A stretch of 52,442 bases of DNA from Patescibacteria group bacterium (GTDB lineage: Bacteria > Patescibacteriota > Minisyncoccia > Minisyncoccales > JAHCRE01): NCBI GenBank assembly GCA_020148055.1, contig JAHCRF010000003.1, positions 1 through 52,442 on the forward strand, written 5' to 3'. How positions within the stretch are numbered: the stretch's first letter is position 1; every line of letters begins with the position of its first letter. The notes under the pieces were generated by a model, which worked only from the letters and a program-made list of their open reading frames with translations, was not told where the DNA came from and searched no databases. Made by a program: the position numbers and the translations under genes. Shown here piece by piece: positions 24,489 to 33,458 of this stretch.

Positions 24489-26236
24489 TGTTGACTTGAA
24501 ATTGCCCAGAAAGTTAAATCACCTTCCTTAATTCCTAAACCTGTCCAACTACTGGGAACAGTTAACCCGATTAACACATTTTTCTCTGACCCAGTATTAA
24601 TGACAGTACTAAATTCTGGCCAACCTAAACCATCTAAGATAATATTTTCTTTAAAAATCTGATCGCCACTGACAATTCCTTCAAGATAGATCCTAACATT
24701 ACCGGTATTTTGAATTAAAAGTTGATCACTGGCCTGAGCTCCAGGAGTTAGACGACCAAAATCAATCTGATTTTTGTCGATGACAAAAGCAATTTCTGGA
24801 GCTGGTGGAACTGGTTGGATTATCTCTACTCTTAACCCAACATTTTGACTAATTTCTTCCCCAACTAATAAATCCACCTGATTACTTCGGATATGACCTG
24901 ATTTTTCAGCATAAACTCGATAAACTCCTGGATTGTTAATGACTAAATCGGCTTCGCCATCATTATCAGTGGTAAAAATCTGCGAATTCGCATAAATTAA
25001 AGCTTCGGCTAAAGGCTTCCACTCAGAATCTTCAAAATATTCAACTTTAGCTTCTAAATTATTTCCTGGATCAACTTTTTGACTGGCTAAAGTTAATTTG
25101 GTAGGCAACCAACCCCATTCCCCAAAATACCACAAGACCTCATCCCCTGGTTCCAAACTATATTCAGCCGCCCCAATCACTGGCATCTTATAGTTAATAA
25201 AATAAAGCCAGCCAATTAAATCATGGGCTTCCTCTTCATTAATCTTTTTTAAATAAAGTCCGAAACTAGTTTCCTCAATCAAATAAGTATAACCACAGAG
25301 AACTGAGCCATTTTCAACAATATCTAAGGCAGTAGTTGCTTTTACTTTAGCGTCGCAAATATTATTATTTTTCCCTTCAATTCTTAAATAATGTAATCTG
25401 TTTATTGGATAATAATTCTGGGTTAGAGCAATCACCGCATAGGCAGTTAAAATTGGATAACCTTTGTCCTCAGAGGCAATCCATTTAAAAGAACTATCTT
25501 CTCTTTGCAAAGATTTTAAATGATCAACTGGATTTCCGTCATTTTTGGACCAATCGTAAGGATTTTGACCTAATTTATAAATTGCTGAAATTACCCAAGA
25601 ATCTGAACCAGAATCAGATTCACCACCTGGAAGATAGGGAAAGCCACCATCTTCATTTTGATTTGATTTTAAATAATCAATAGCTCCAATAATTATTGGG
25701 TCATCTGAAGAAACTCCAGCTTCCAACAGAGCCATAATGGCTGCTGCCGTATCATTAGTGTCACTGGCCCCACCAACTGCATAACTCCAGCCGCCATCTT
25801 CATTTTGATTATTCAAAATAAAATTTTTAGAATCTTGAATAATTTGATCAGAAATACTCTCTCCAGCTGAAATCAAAGCCAAAATTCCCCAGAAATCATC
25901 ATTTAATAAATCAGGAGATCCAATCTGATTATCTTGATAAAAACTTTTTAATTGGGCAAAAAAATCAATATTACCAAAAGTTCTTGGGTCTTTACCTGCA
26001 GCAGTTAAGGCTAAAATGGTTTTTTCATAATCAGTAGCTAAATTGCCAGTAACTTCTTCCAGATGATTTAAATCTAAATCTGTTTCACCAGCCGCTACCA
26101 AAGCCATGGTTATCCAGGAATCAGGAGTCTGGGCTTTAAGGTAATTTATGGTAGAAGTATTTATTTCAGCTAAACCTGGTAAAACTAACCAAAAAACTAA
26201 GGTTCCTATCAAAAAAATTAAGATTGTTCTTTTCAT
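24485..26236 (-). CDS. Secreted protein with prenyltransferase/squalene-oxidase-type repeats plus a DUF4430 domain and C-terminal Ig-like domains
   Basis: 583 aa. Signal peptide; NQNEDGGWSY and NQNEDGGFPY alpha/alpha-toroid repeats; DUF4430-like GWLYFINYKMPVIGAAEYSLEPGDEVLWYF; beta-rich C-terminus. Confidence 0.75.
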   Translation of the reverse strand: MKRTILIFLIGTLVFWLVLPGLAEINTSTINYLKAQTPDSWITMALVAAGETDLDLNHLEEVTGNLATDYEKTILALTAAGKDPRTFGNIDFFAQLKSFYQDNQIGSPDLLNDDFWGILALISAGESISDQIIQDSKNFILNNQNEDGGWSYAVGGASDTNDTAAAIMALLEAGVSSDDPIIIGAIDYLKSNQNEDGGFPYLPGGESDSGSDSWVISAIYKLGQNPYDWSKNDGNPVDHLKSLQREDSSFKWIASEDKGYPILTAYAVIALTQNYYPINRLHYLRIEGKNNNICDAKVKATTALDIVENGSVLCGYTYLIEETSFGLYLKKINEEEAHDLIGWLYFINYKMPVIGAAEYSLEPGDEVLWYFGEWGWLPTKLTLASQKVDPGNNLEAKVEYFEDSEWKPLAEALIYANSQIFTTDNDGEADLVINNPGVYRVYAEKSGHIRSNQVDLLVGEEISQNVGLRVEIIQPVPPAPEIAFVIDKNQIDFGRLTPGAQASDQLLIQNTGNVRIYLEGIVSGDQIFKENIILDGLGWPEFSTVINTGSEKNVLIGLTVPSSWTGLGIKEGDLTFWAISSQQ

Positions 26237-26246
26237 ATATTTTAAA

Positions 26247-26267
26247 ACCCACTCTCCTCGAGTGGGT
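26247..26267 (-). terminator. Expression-platform hairpin (weak terminator) of the leader RNA
   Basis: Minus strand ACCCACTC-GAGGA-GAGTGGGT then TTTAAAAT, immediately before ATG 26236. The upstream segment TCTCTTCGAG (26315-26306) can alternatively pair with CTCGAGGAGA, which overlaps this hairpin. Confidence 0.45.
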
Positions 26268-26332
26268 CAAGTTATTTAAAAATTAAAATAACCTTTTCCC
26301 TTGGGCTCGAAGAGAAAGAGTAGAACGGATTT

Positions 26333-26459
26333 GAGGTAGAGTCAGCTTTCTGGCTTGTCCCATTTTGGGCATCACAGCTGCGGCCCAGCGCCTGATTTCC
26401 TGCCTACCGGCAGGCAGGTACAGGACTTTCCTGACCGTCCTAAAAATTTAGGCTACCTC
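26333..26459 (-). promoter_or_regulatory. Structured leader RNA, candidate cobalamin riboswitch (variant)
   Basis: GC-rich island with its own promoter. Closing helix GAGGTAG (26459-26453) / CTACCTC (26339-26333). Internal hairpins CCTAAA/TTTAGG and CCTGCCT/AGGCAGG. CCGCAGCTGTGA resembles the conserved CCGC-N-ACUGU core, and AAGCCAGAAAGCTGAC resembles the B12 box (AAGCC-GAAGACCUGCC in E. coli btuB). The downstream genes are DUF4430-type. Confidence 0.5.
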
Positions 26460-26476
26460 TTTTGTTAATTTATTTT

Positions 26477-26504
26477 ATTTTAGCTTTCCAAAATTCCTTG
26501 TCAA
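26477..26504 (-). promoter_or_regulatory. Sigma70-type promoter of the leader RNA/operon
   Basis: Minus strand TTGACA (26504-26499), 16-nt spacer, TAAAAT (26482-26477). It starts right after the stop of the giant upstream gene. Confidence 0.55.
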
Positions 26505-26519
26505 TACCTTATTAGGAAT

Positions 26520-29500
26520 TTACCAAGGAACAATTTCTTTCCAAATGGGGACTGGAAATCCCATCTGAATGATGTTTGAATCTGTTGATCCGCCGAGATT
26601 AGTGGCAACTGCTTTGTAATATCTCTCAGAAAATGTTGGATTATTATCATCGCATTCCAAGGGTTGAGGAACAGAAATATTTTCACAAATGATAGTTGGA
26701 GATTCGAAAGCCACTGAGGAATCTCGCAAAACTGTGTAAGTAACTGGACCACCAGCATTAGTATAAGCAGCCTCAGTCCAGGTTAAACGAATCGTGTTGC
26801 CAACCCAGAGACCGGACAATGTAAAATTACCTGGCACGGCAATAGGAACTGAGACTTCAATGATATTGGAGGCAATTCCGTCAGGGGCATTAACATTATA
26901 GGCAAATACCTGATATTCATAAGTTTGACCATCGACAACAGTATAATCAACATAATAGATGATTGCTTCAGGATTATCTTCTCCGGGAATTTCAGCAATC
27001 TCAATCCATTCACTGGATCGACGAAAAAGTTTATAATATTCCTCATTTCCAGCATCTGTCCAATACAAGGAAACAGCAACAATATCACCAGTTGATAGAT
27101 AGAAATTTAAAGATATTTCAGAAGGATTAGGCGGTAAAGCACTACAGGCCGAAGAAGTAACTTGGGTACTAGGATCTGAAAAAACAGTATTTCCTTCTCC
27201 TGAACCTACTGCCTCAACTTTATAAACAAAAGTATTTTCTTCATCAACGATATCAAGATATCGAATGGTAGTAGCTGGTAAGCCAGCATAAATTTTAGAA
27301 AATTCTGTCTCCCCCAAAGTAATATTTTTTCTCCAGATATTAAAAGAAATAGTATAACCGGTTGGGTCTTCTCCCCATTCAATCAGAATTCTTGAGCTAT
27401 ATCCATAACAGGCAGCAGCGACGGTTATAACTGGTTTTGAAGGTGCTTCATAACAGAAGGGGGCTTCTTCAATAATAGCATCAGAAGGAATACTTTCTCC
27501 TTTCCCTACCGCTACTAAATAATATTCATAATTAATTCCACTTTCAACGTCACCATCAGCAAAAGAAGTTGTGGGAGGAGAAATATTAATAATGTTGGTG
27601 AAAGTTGCCTCACCTTCTCTCCTTTTATAAACACTCCAATATTCAGTTAAATCCTCTGGATCAAGATCCCAGCTAAGTAATAACTGAGGATTGGTTCCCT
27701 CACATTGAGGAGTAATAATTAAATTTGGTTTGGCTGGCAAACAAGAAAGAGTGGTTATAGAAAGTTCATTAGAAGGTGAACTTTCTTTATCTACCCCAAA
27801 AGCTTTGACATAGTATTTATATAATTTTTCTTGTTCAGGTGCACCAACATAGGTCGGAGCATCTAAAGGAATAACCCATCTAGGATCAGAAGTTTCGACA
27901 GCCGTGCTGGCACCTAAAGTTCCGTTGTTACCATAATTGCTACTATCTGAAGTGATCTGATTAGTTCCTTCGTCAAAATGCCAGGCGCCCCTAAGATCTG
28001 CTTCATTATCATATATTCCTTGATAATGCTTTTGGATTTCCTCAGCTTTTAAAGCTTGACCATAAATTCTGACCTCATCAATTTTGCCTTTGAAATAATA
28101 ACCCGAATAACGACCAATTCTTATTGGAGAAGTACTTGATTGTATGGTACCAGATCTTGAAGAAGAAGTTCCAGGGATACCATTTTTATACCAGAGATGT
28201 TTTGTACCATCATAGACATAGGCAATATGAGTCCAAGTATTATTTGTCACTGTAGGACCTGAACGATACACATAGTTTCCTCCGATTCTAAAGTAGGCTC
28301 TAAGATAGCCAACGTTATTAGAATAATAAATATATAATTTGTTGTAGTAATATCCATTAATATAGTCAACAATTCCTATATAACCAGAGCCAGAAGAAGG
28401 AAAACTGGGATAAATCCAAGCTTCAATACTAGTTGCATTGGCTGGTTTTAAACTATTTGGCAAACTGCCTGAGGCAGGAATACGGACATAGTCATCTACT
28501 CTATCGAACTCTAAAGCATAACTTCCTTTATCAGTGAAAGGAGAGATTCTAGTTGAATAAGTTGAAGTAGAATTATCAGGATTAGTTCGATAGACATTAT
28601 AAGAATAGGCGTTTTGACTATCTGTCCAGGTTAAAGTATTACAGGGTGTATTTTCACAACATGCAGTAGTTAAATCTGTTAAAGAAGGAGTGGTTGGTGT
28701 TAAACCACAACTATAAGTTTCGATTGATTTTGGAGCAGAAAAAGAACTTCCACCAGCTGGTCCAATTGTCTTAACCCAGTAAGTATAAGAAGCCAAGGAA
28801 GAGAGTCCCAGGTTATCCTTCCAGGTTCTGGAAGAAAATTCTGGCATATCAGAAGTAATAGTCATTATAGGAGGCTCGATGGTACTATTCCGATAAATTT
28901 CATAACTTGTAGTATTAAAAGTTGTGGCATCTGACCAAGAAATATTATTGATTGGAATAAAATTTTCACAATCAGTAATCAATAAGATAATTGAGGGAGT
29001 TGAGGGTGGGCAATAGTCAGTGGTAATAGATGCTTCTTCTGAAGGAGGACTGCTTCCGGCTTGACCATAAGCTACTACATAATAGGAATAGGTTGTATTC
29101 ACGCTTACTGCTGAATCAGAGTAAGAAGTGGCCGTTGTATTTGTAAGGAATGCCCCATTTTTATAGATCGAATAATAATCAGTATTTTCAGAAGCCTCCC
29201 AACTAAGGGTCACTTGAGGATAAGAGTCAGAGCACCAAAAAGAGGCGGTCAGATTTTGAGGTTGAGTTGGACCAAAACACTCTAAAGTAGTTACATTTAA
29301 ATGATCTGATTCAGTTGTTAGGCCATTTGGCCCAATTGCTTTTACCCAATAGGTATAAGATGTTAAGGGTAAAACATCATCGTCTGTAAGGATTCTCAAA
29401 GAAGGATCAGTGGTTTGAGCAACAGTTCCAATAAGGCCTTTATCTTCCCGATAAATTTCATAACTTTCTGTATGGATTGCGAAAGACCAGGAAATATCAA

Positions 29501-32500
29501 CTATTGGTTGGGAACCCAAACAAAGGGGGGTTAAAACTAAACCAAGTTTGGTCGGTTCACAAGTTGGCATTAGAGCTGGATCAGTGGCATTTGAAAAAGT
29601 ACTTCCTCCAGAACTAACTGCTTCTACCTGCCAAGTATATCTATTTTCAGACTGGGGCCCATGATGGGTCCAGCTTGCTTGGTAGATGGTTCCATTATTT
29701 CCATGATTAGAACTGTCAGAAACTTTAGTTCCGGATCCTTCATCAAAATGCCAAAGTCCTCTTAATACGTACGGGTCTGTTTCATCAGGATAGTTTCCTT
29801 GGTAATGTTCTGAAATTTCAGAGAGGTTTAAAGCCCGACCATAAATTCTGACCTCATCAATTTTCCCCTTAAACTGATTATCCGAATATGGGCCATCCCC
29901 AATTTTTATTGAATAATTGCCTGAGCGCATAGAACCTGTTCTTGAGCAAGGAGTTCCCTCGCTACCATTAAGATACCATCTTTGATATGAGCCGTCGTAA
30001 ACATAAACAACGTGATTCCACTGATTGTAATTTACTCTTGGTCCGTAACAGTAGTATGATCCAGAACCAGAGCTCCAATATGGATATGCTATCAACTGGC
30101 CATTGTTATTATAATTATTTATATATATTCTACTATAAGAATATCCGTTAATTCTTCCGACAATCGCACCATATCGACAATAATAATATGAAGGGCAAGG
30201 AAGAGGATAAATCCAAGCTTCTATACTAATTTGATTAGTTGATTTTAGGCTATCTGAAATCGGAACATTGACATAATCATTGTACCCATCGAAACTTAGA
30301 GCATTGCCAAATCCTCTATCAGTAAAAGGAGAAGTTACATTGGAAAGAATAGTTGTTTCAGCTATTGTATCATCCGGATTTAATCTGTTTTGATAAAGAT
30401 CATAGGAAGTAGCATTGGAACTATCGGTCCAGGTTAAATCTGCCCAGGGATAGGAACCTTGGCAATAGACTGTTGGGTCACTCAAAGTAAAAGCTCCTGG
30501 TAGGGCACAATTATAAGTAGTAATTGACTTGTAGCCCTGAGTTGATCTTATGGTGTCCAAGTATCCTACAGCCTCAACCTTATAATTATAAGTAGTCTCT
30601 GACGAAACACTGGTATCTTTCCAATTTTTTATACCAATATTATAAATTATTTTAATAGGAGTAACTTCACTATAATCTCTTCTGAAAATTTCATAACGAG
30701 TAGTGTTGGCTCCATCTGTGCTCCAGGAAAGATTGACAACCGGCTGACTAACTTCACAGCCTCTTGTTAAAGTAAGAACGGGAATAGTTGGAAGACAAGA
30801 GGGAGTGGTGATTGAAGGAATATTAGAATCAGCTGGTGGAACTCCCTTCGGGCCATTTGAGACAACTTTATAATAATAGGTGGTAGAGGTAGAAACTCCA
30901 GTATCTTTCCAAGTTCTTGAAGAAAACTCAGGGGAGTCTTTTTCAAAGGTAATTAAAAGTGAAAGCTCAGCTGCCGAAGGTCCCCGATGAATTTCATAAC
31001 TGAAAGTATTAGTCGTCTCTGTCCAGGAAAGGTTAACAACTGGCTGGCCTTCTTCACAAGTGGTTGATAAAGTTAAGGTTGAGAACGAAGGAGGTATACA
31101 ACCTACAGCTTTAATCGTCTGGCTATTTTCAGAAATGGTACTAGTTCCTCCTTTTCCGTAGGCAATGACATAGTAAGTATATTCATATCCAGTTTCTATT
31201 GCACTATCAACATAGGAGATCTCGAGTAAATTAACAATCGCTACTTCATTCCGATAAAGAGTATAATAAACAACGTTATCTGAAGGAGTCCAGGAAATAC
31301 TTATTCGAGTATCTTCGCCAACACAAAAGGCTTCAGGTTCATCTAAAACTGGAGGTGGTGAAGGAGGCACAATGGTGGCACAATCAATATCCTTAGTAAC
31401 CGAATTAGAAACTAAAGGAGGCAATGCAGGAACAATCGCCTCAACATAATAGGTATGGGTACAAACTTGCCCGGGGCAGATGTCTAGATCGAGGTAATCA
31501 ATATATGTGGTATTTGTTATTCCTATATTTTGGGCTAAGAATTCCCCTCCTCGATAAATATTATAGTGAGTTGCTTCTAAAGTAGCAGTCCAGGAAAGGC
31601 GCATGCTAAATTCCTCACAATTTGACTCAACTTTTAAAAATGGAGAACAACGTGGAATATCTATTTGCAAGACATTAGAATCTTTTCCAGCAGTCTCCCA
31701 GATTGCCTTGACATAATAAGAGATTTTCCCTCCCTGATGATAGGTATTAGCCAAGCTTTCAACCAAATTGTCATCATAACTTGTAATATTAAGAGTCTTC
31801 AAAAGTGAAAATTCAGTTTCAGCCTGGGCTTTCCGATAAATTTGATAATTTTGGATACCAAGTAATTCATTCCAAGATAAACTAACATAAGGTCCACCAG
31901 GCTCACTTGTTTTACAACTTGCTGAGACATTAAGGGTTGGTGGACAGGCTGGAGCCTCTTGAGGGATGATCTCAGAATTCTTAGTCATTCCATCCTGCCA
32001 AATAGCCCGAATAAAATAATTATAAGTGCTTGTACCAACAATGTCTGGGCCATCCTCGTAAATAGTATCGGTAGTCGAATGAATTTTTGAACCATCTCGG
32101 TAAACTTCATAGGTTGATATATCTCCTGAGACTGAACTCCAATTTAAAGTGACATAGGGACCATCGGCTTTACAAGAAGTTGTCGGAGGAGAAAGAACTG
32201 GTGGACAATAGGGAGCTAGGGCAAGAACTTCATTAGAGAAAAAAGTATCCTCTCCTCTTTCTGCTCTGATTTGATAAAGATAATTTTTATCACTATCAAT
32301 TGTGTTATCGGTATAGAAAGTATCTTTTGTAACAGCTATTTCAGTATAATTCACTTCCCCTTCAATTTTGCGCAAGACATAATAATCCGGGTCACCGAGA
32401 ATGGTCGATGTCCAAGCAAGACCGACGAAGGCTTCTGAACCAATACAATCTGGTGAAGGATCATCAAGAGTAATTGATTCTTCTAGGGCTATTAAAAAAA

Positions 32501-32570
32501 TTGGCCAAGACAAAATTATGGCCGAAATTGAAAAAACTATTAAAATAAATTTTTTATTATTTTTCTCCAT
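26520..32570 (-). CDS. Giant (2016 aa) secreted surface protein with many Fn3/Ig-like repeats and two LamG (concanavalin-A-like lectin) domains
   Basis: N-terminal signal/anchor. At least 15 roughly 90-aa repeats of the type SW...Y.IYR...T.Y.D..V....Y.Y.V.A. Two paralogous LamG modules (about 29790-30340 and 28030-28615) end in KGKIDEVRIYGRALNLSEISEHYQG and KGKIDEVRIYGQALKAEEIQKHYQG. Confidence 0.9.
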   Translation of the reverse strand: MEKNNKKFILIVFSISAIILSWPIFLIALEESITLDDPSPDCIGSEAFVGLAWTSTILGDPDYYVLRKIEGEVNYTEIAVTKDTFYTDNTIDSDKNYLYQIRAERGEDTFFSNEVLALAPYCPPVLSPPTTSCKADGPYVTLNWSSVSGDISTYEVYRDGSKIHSTTDTIYEDGPDIVGTSTYNYFIRAIWQDGMTKNSEIIPQEAPACPPTLNVSASCKTSEPGGPYVSLSWNELLGIQNYQIYRKAQAETEFSLLKTLNITSYDDNLVESLANTYHQGGKISYYVKAIWETAGKDSNVLQIDIPRCSPFLKVESNCEEFSMRLSWTATLEATHYNIYRGGEFLAQNIGITNTTYIDYLDLDICPGQVCTHTYYVEAIVPALPPLVSNSVTKDIDCATIVPPSPPPVLDEPEAFCVGEDTRISISWTPSDNVVYYTLYRNEVAIVNLLEISYVDSAIETGYEYTYYVIAYGKGGTSTISENSQTIKAVGCIPPSFSTLTLSTTCEEGQPVVNLSWTETTNTFSYEIHRGPSAAELSLLITFEKDSPEFSSRTWKDTGVSTSTTYYYKVVSNGPKGVPPADSNIPSITTPSCLPTIPVLTLTRGCEVSQPVVNLSWSTDGANTTRYEIFRRDYSEVTPIKIIYNIGIKNWKDTSVSSETTYNYKVEAVGYLDTIRSTQGYKSITTYNCALPGAFTLSDPTVYCQGSYPWADLTWTDSSNATSYDLYQNRLNPDDTIAETTILSNVTSPFTDRGFGNALSFDGYNDYVNVPISDSLKSTNQISIEAWIYPLPCPSYYYCRYGAIVGRINGYSYSRIYINNYNNNGQLIAYPYWSSGSGSYYCYGPRVNYNQWNHVVYVYDGSYQRWYLNGSEGTPCSRTGSMRSGNYSIKIGDGPYSDNQFKGKIDEVRIYGRALNLSEISEHYQGNYPDETDPYVLRGLWHFDEGSGTKVSDSSNHGNNGTIYQASWTHHGPQSENRYTWQVEAVSSGGSTFSNATDPALMPTCEPTKLGLVLTPLCLGSQPIVDISWSFAIHTESYEIYREDKGLIGTVAQTTDPSLRILTDDDVLPLTSYTYWVKAIGPNGLTTESDHLNVTTLECFGPTQPQNLTASFWCSDSYPQVTLSWEASENTDYYSIYKNGAFLTNTTATSYSDSAVSVNTTYSYYVVAYGQAGSSPPSEEASITTDYCPPSTPSIILLITDCENFIPINNISWSDATTFNTTSYEIYRNSTIEPPIMTITSDMPEFSSRTWKDNLGLSSLASYTYWVKTIGPAGGSSFSAPKSIETYSCGLTPTTPSLTDLTTACCENTPCNTLTWTDSQNAYSYNVYRTNPDNSTSTYSTRISPFTDKGSYALEFDRVDDYVRIPASGSLPNSLKPANATSIEAWIYPSFPSSGSGYIGIVDYINGYYYNKLYIYYSNNVGYLRAYFRIGGNYVYRSGPTVTNNTWTHIAYVYDGTKHLWYKNGIPGTSSSRSGTIQSSTSPIRIGRYSGYYFKGKIDEVRIYGQALKAEEIQKHYQGIYDNEADLRGAWHFDEGTNQITSDSSNYGNNGTLGASTAVETSDPRWVIPLDAPTYVGAPEQEKLYKYYVKAFGVDKESSPSNELSITTLSCLPAKPNLIITPQCEGTNPQLLLSWDLDPEDLTEYWSVYKRREGEATFTNIINISPPTTSFADGDVESGINYEYYLVAVGKGESIPSDAIIEEAPFCYEAPSKPVITVAAACYGYSSRILIEWGEDPTGYTISFNIWRKNITLGETEFSKIYAGLPATTIRYLDIVDEENTFVYKVEAVGSGEGNTVFSDPSTQVTSSACSALPPNPSEISLNFYLSTGDIVAVSLYWTDAGNEEYYKLFRRSSEWIEIAEIPGEDNPEAIIYYVDYTVVDGQTYEYQVFAYNVNAPDGIASNIIEVSVPIAVPGNFTLSGLWVGNTIRLTWTEAAYTNAGGPVTYTVLRDSSVAFESPTIICENISVPQPLECDDNNPTFSERYYKAVATNLGGSTDSNIIQMGFPVPIWKEIVPW

Positions 32571-32572
32571 CT

Positions 32573-33031
32573 TTAAAAGCTCTTTGGTAAAACCCTAATT
32601 TTGATTGCCTCAAACTCCTCTGCTTGACTAATGTCCTGGTTAGAGACAACCTCAATATAATCACCTGTTTTAAGATCTTTGAAAGTTATTGAGGCTTCTT
32701 GGGGTGTTCTTCTATTTGGTTCAGTCTCGACAAAAGTTAAATGACTAAATTTTGTAAATGGGGTAACTATTACTTTTCTTATCTCAGTTTTTTGAATGGG
32801 CTGGCCAGTTTCATCTATTTGTATTATGGTTGCTTCTAAAACAAGAGAGTCTTTTAAAAATTCTATTTTTTCAATTGAGCCTGCCAGATTGTACAGAACT
32901 TTTGGCTGAGTAATTTCTGGAACCTCTGGAGAAATTTCTGCTTTCGGAGGAGCCTTTGGCTTAAGAACAAGAGTCAAAGCGATCAAGATAATAAAAATTA
33001 AAACCAGGCTAATAACAATAATTTTTTTCAT
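32573..33031 (-). CDS. Membrane-anchored hypothetical protein
   Basis: 152 aa with ATG start and an N-terminal TM helix. Its stop is 2 nt before the giant gene start, so the two are probably co-transcribed. Confidence 0.6.
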   Translation of the reverse strand: MKKIIVISLVLIFIILIALTLVLKPKAPPKAEISPEVPEITQPKVLYNLAGSIEKIEFLKDSLVLEATIIQIDETGQPIQKTEIRKVIVTPFTKFSHLTFVETEPNRRTPQEASITFKDLKTGDYIEVVSNQDISQAEEFEAIKIRVLPKSF

Positions 33032-33205
33032 ATTTTTATCTATTTAACGCCAATCTACCCTCCTTTAAATCTTTTAATTTTGGGGAGTAAATTAACATTA
33101 AAATGAAAGTTAAAACGATTTCTATACCTTTATAATAGTTTTAACTCTAACAAGAAGCTTGTCAAGGAAAATATAATACGGGCGCTAGAGAATTTGAACC
33201 CCTGT

Positions 33206-33226
33206 AAAAGGAGCTTAGCTCCTTTT
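33206..33226 (-). terminator. Palindromic hairpin downstream of the tRNA cluster (possible bidirectional terminator)
   Basis: aaaaggagc-tta-gctcctttt is a perfect 9-bp stem, but only 4 U follow. Confidence 0.4.
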
Positions 33227-33308
33227 ACGAAGAAAATTCTCGGGCGAAAAGTGGGCACTGTGAGATTCGAACTCACGACCTTTTTCACCCGCCTAAATTT
33301 GAGCGATA

Positions 33309-33382
33309 TGGGCGTGTGTGGACTTGAACCACAGACCTCTGCAATGTGAGTGCAACGCTCTAACCAACTGAGCTACACGCCC
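33309..33382 (-). tRNA. tRNA-Val (anticodon CAC)
   Basis: Minus strand GGGCGTGTAGCTCAGTTGGTTAGAGCGTTGCACTCACATTGCAGAGGTCTGTGGTTCAAGTCCACACACGCCCA is a canonical 74-nt cloverleaf with anticodon loop CUCACAU. No encoded CCA. Confidence 0.9.
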
Positions 33383-33415
33383 AAATTTTTGGCGGGCAAG
33401 TGTGAAACGAATGCG

Positions 33416-33458
33416 AGGGGCCCGCCTCTGGCGGGAGGGTGGTGGGAGGGTTGTAGTC
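33416..33458 (-). repeat. C-rich repeat family 3, copy X (inside the tRNA-like sequence)
   Basis: Minus strand GACTACAACCCTCCCACCACCCTCCCGCCAGAGGCGGGCCCCT. It shares GACTACAACCC-N-CCCACC with 40627 and 41984, and shares with 41984 the TCCC-hairpin-CCCCT architecture. Confidence 0.6.

Noticed and set aside
26333-26459. AGGAAAGTCC in the leader matches the universally conserved CR-I segment of RNase P RNA.
   Set aside because: The structured region is only about 130 nt. It lacks a complementary P4 strand (ACAGAA-CCGGCUUA type). It also sits between its own promoter and an expression-platform hairpin directly upstream of a CDS, which is riboswitch-like rather than RNase P-like.
33181-33251. A possible third tRNA or tRNA 3' fragment (minus strand ...AGGGGTTCAAATTCTCTAGCGCCCG has a T-loop-like TTCAAAT).
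   Set aside because: No complementary 5' acceptor strand (GGGCGCT) exists nearby. The T-stem would need two G-U pairs. The region is better explained by a perfect palindromic hairpin (33206-33226) nested in a GAGAATTT/AAATTCTC helix, that is, a terminator-like structure after the tRNA cluster.
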